Origin: a virus
Lineage: Duplodnaviria; Caudoviricetes
Virus record (IMG/VR): IMGVR_UViG_3300037692_000066
Location: 1 to 46,609 of that record
DNA: 46,609 nt
Strand: one strand, 5' to 3'
Numbering within the stretch: position 1 is the stretch's first letter; each line of letters begins with the position of its first letter. The notes under the pieces are model-generated. The model was given only the letters and a program-made list of their open reading frames with translations. It did no database searches and was not told the DNA's origin. Below are positions 45,336 through 46,609 of this stretch, one piece after another. The position numbers and the translations under genes are program-made.

Positions 45336-45530
45336 ATGAATGAGAACCAATTAACAAAAGACGGAAAAGACTACAAGTTTAATCCAGTAGAAAAGCTAAC
45401 TTGTAATCATTGTTTCAAAATGTGCGATTTATTTAAATCGTGCCGTATAGATGAAATAATTTATCCATGTACCAAAGAAACAAGAAAAGACAAAAGAGAT
45501 GGATACTTCACAGAAAGAACAAACCAATAA
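45336..45530 (+). CDS. Small Cys-rich hypothetical protein
   Basis: CxxCxxxC pattern and 'RKDKRDGYF'. Confidence 0.6.
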   Translation: MNENQLTKDGKDYKFNPVEKLTCNHCFKMCDLFKSCRIDEIIYPCTKETRKDKRDGYFTERTNQ

Positions 45531-45540
45531 GCTATTTAAA

Positions 45541-45732
45541 ATGAAATACCTAAAAGAAAGAATCAATAGAAACGGAATAAGACATGACTTTCTCTATATT
45601 ATGCTAGACATGCATCAGTCTATATTTTCTATGTGTTTGCAAGGCAAGAGAGATATGCCTACAGATAAGCTCGAAATACTAGAAGACTATTTAAACGAGA
45701 TTGAGAAGGTAAATAAAAAATATTTGATATAA
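45541..45732 (+). CDS. Small HTH (Cro-like) protein
   Basis: 'LKERINRNGIRHDFL...LDMHQSIFSMCLQGKRDMP'. Confidence 0.6.
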   Translation: MKYLKERINRNGIRHDFLYIMLDMHQSIFSMCLQGKRDMPTDKLEILEDYLNEIEKVNKKYLI

Positions 45733-45774
45733 GCACACATGTGGAATAGAAATAAATTTAATAAAACCAAAACA

Positions 45775-46203
45775 ATGGATATATGTATTGATTTTGACGG
45801 AACTTGTGTAACACATGAATTTCCGAAAGTAGGTAAAGATATAGGGGCCGAAAGAGTTTTAAGAAGATTACTTGAAAACAATCACAGGCTAATACTCTTC
45901 ACAATGCGTTCCGATAAATCAACAGTATCAAGCGAAGATAAAGAAATACACACAGAAGCAGGAAACTATCTAACGAATGCCGTTAATTGGTTCAAAGAAA
46001 AGCAAATCCCCCTGTATGGAATAAACGTAAACCCACGCCAAAGAAGCTGGACTAAAAGCCCAAAGGCTTATGGTCAAATGTATATCGATGATTGTGGGAT
46101 AGGATGCCCGCTAGTTATAGATGTGGAAATATCTAATAAACCTTTTGTTAATTGGGGTGAAGTAGAAAGAATATTAATTGAGAAAGGAATAATATGCAAA
46201 TAA
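45775..46203 (+). CDS. HAD-superfamily phosphatase
   Basis: ICIDFDGT, LFTMR, K and YIDD motifs. Confidence 0.85.
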   Translation: MDICIDFDGTCVTHEFPKVGKDIGAERVLRRLLENNHRLILFTMRSDKSTVSSEDKEIHTEAGNYLTNAVNWFKEKQIPLYGINVNPRQRSWTKSPKAYGQMYIDDCGIGCPLVIDVEISNKPFVNWGEVERILIEKGIICK

Positions 46204-46499
46204 CAATAGTAAATCACTATCAAAAGTTCAGAGCAAGAAAGCTAAAAGACTTCTTTATAGGCGACATAAAGTTTCAAGTCAGTATGAAACTAGGATATAA
46301 CATATCTTATCGAGGCGTGTTTATGTATGCGAGCAAGTCGTATCACTCAACGGCTGAAGAAACAAAAGAAGCATTTATTAAAGCATTTGAATCAACCAAA
46401 CAAAACAGACAATCTGTAAATGATTTTGCTTTGAGAACAATAAAAATGTATCGAGAAAGATTAAGTGAGTTAGAGTTGATGGATGCTAAAACCCCATAA
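46194..46499 (+). CDS. Hypothetical protein
   Basis: 101-aa ORF, last gene before the genome end. Confidence 0.6.
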   Translation: MQITIVNHYQKFRARKLKDFFIGDIKFQVSMKLGYNISYRGVFMYASKSYHSTAEETKEAFIKAFESTKQNRQSVNDFALRTIKMYRERLSELELMDAKTP

Positions 46500-46597
46500 A
46501 CAAAGGGATATAGATATAAAAATTAATTATGGATAATAATGTAAATAGTATGTGTGTGAGTGCTAAGGTACTGGGAGTCAATGCACTATACAGGGCA

Positions 46598-46609
46598 ATG
46601 CGTTCAACC
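46598..46609. repeat. 12-bp terminal direct repeat, right copy
   Basis: Identical to positions 1-12. Confidence 0.75.

Noticed and set aside
1-46609. Integrase, tRNA genes, CRISPR array or genetic-code reassignment
   Set aside because: None was recognised by eye, and core genes are intact in the standard code. A tRNAscan or HMM search was not possible.

Overview
This looks like a complete ~46.6 kb AT-rich tailed phage genome. The first and last 12 nt are identical (ATGCGTTCAACC) and lie just upstream of a small-terminase-like gene. The host is most likely Bacteroidota, judged from several TAnnTTTG promoter boxes, A-rich starts that mostly lack Shine-Dalgarno sequences, and signal peptides with Q at +1. 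The genome combines a lambda-type head (GpA terminase, portal, Clp protease/scaffold, decoration protein, gpE capsid) with a Mu-type contractile tail, followed by lysis and RecT/replication modules. No integrase was recognised. The main finding lies between terS and terL (about 800-4700): an array of six gene cassettes separated by five attC-like hairpin sites. Each cassette's GTT start is complementary to its own AAC end, all 8 substitution mismatches in the inner arms are top-strand G-T wobbles, and the cargo is mostly DNA-modification genes. Other notable items are two cer/dif-like Xer sites with accessory regions, a kissing-loop RNA leader before the antirepressor and replication genes, an orphan promoter-terminator small RNA, a G11 tract in a ParB-methyltransferase-radical SAM operon, an out-of-frame two-subunit C5 methyltransferase, and signal-peptide proteins inside the structural operons. 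All family calls come from motif recognition and gene order by eye; no database searches were run.
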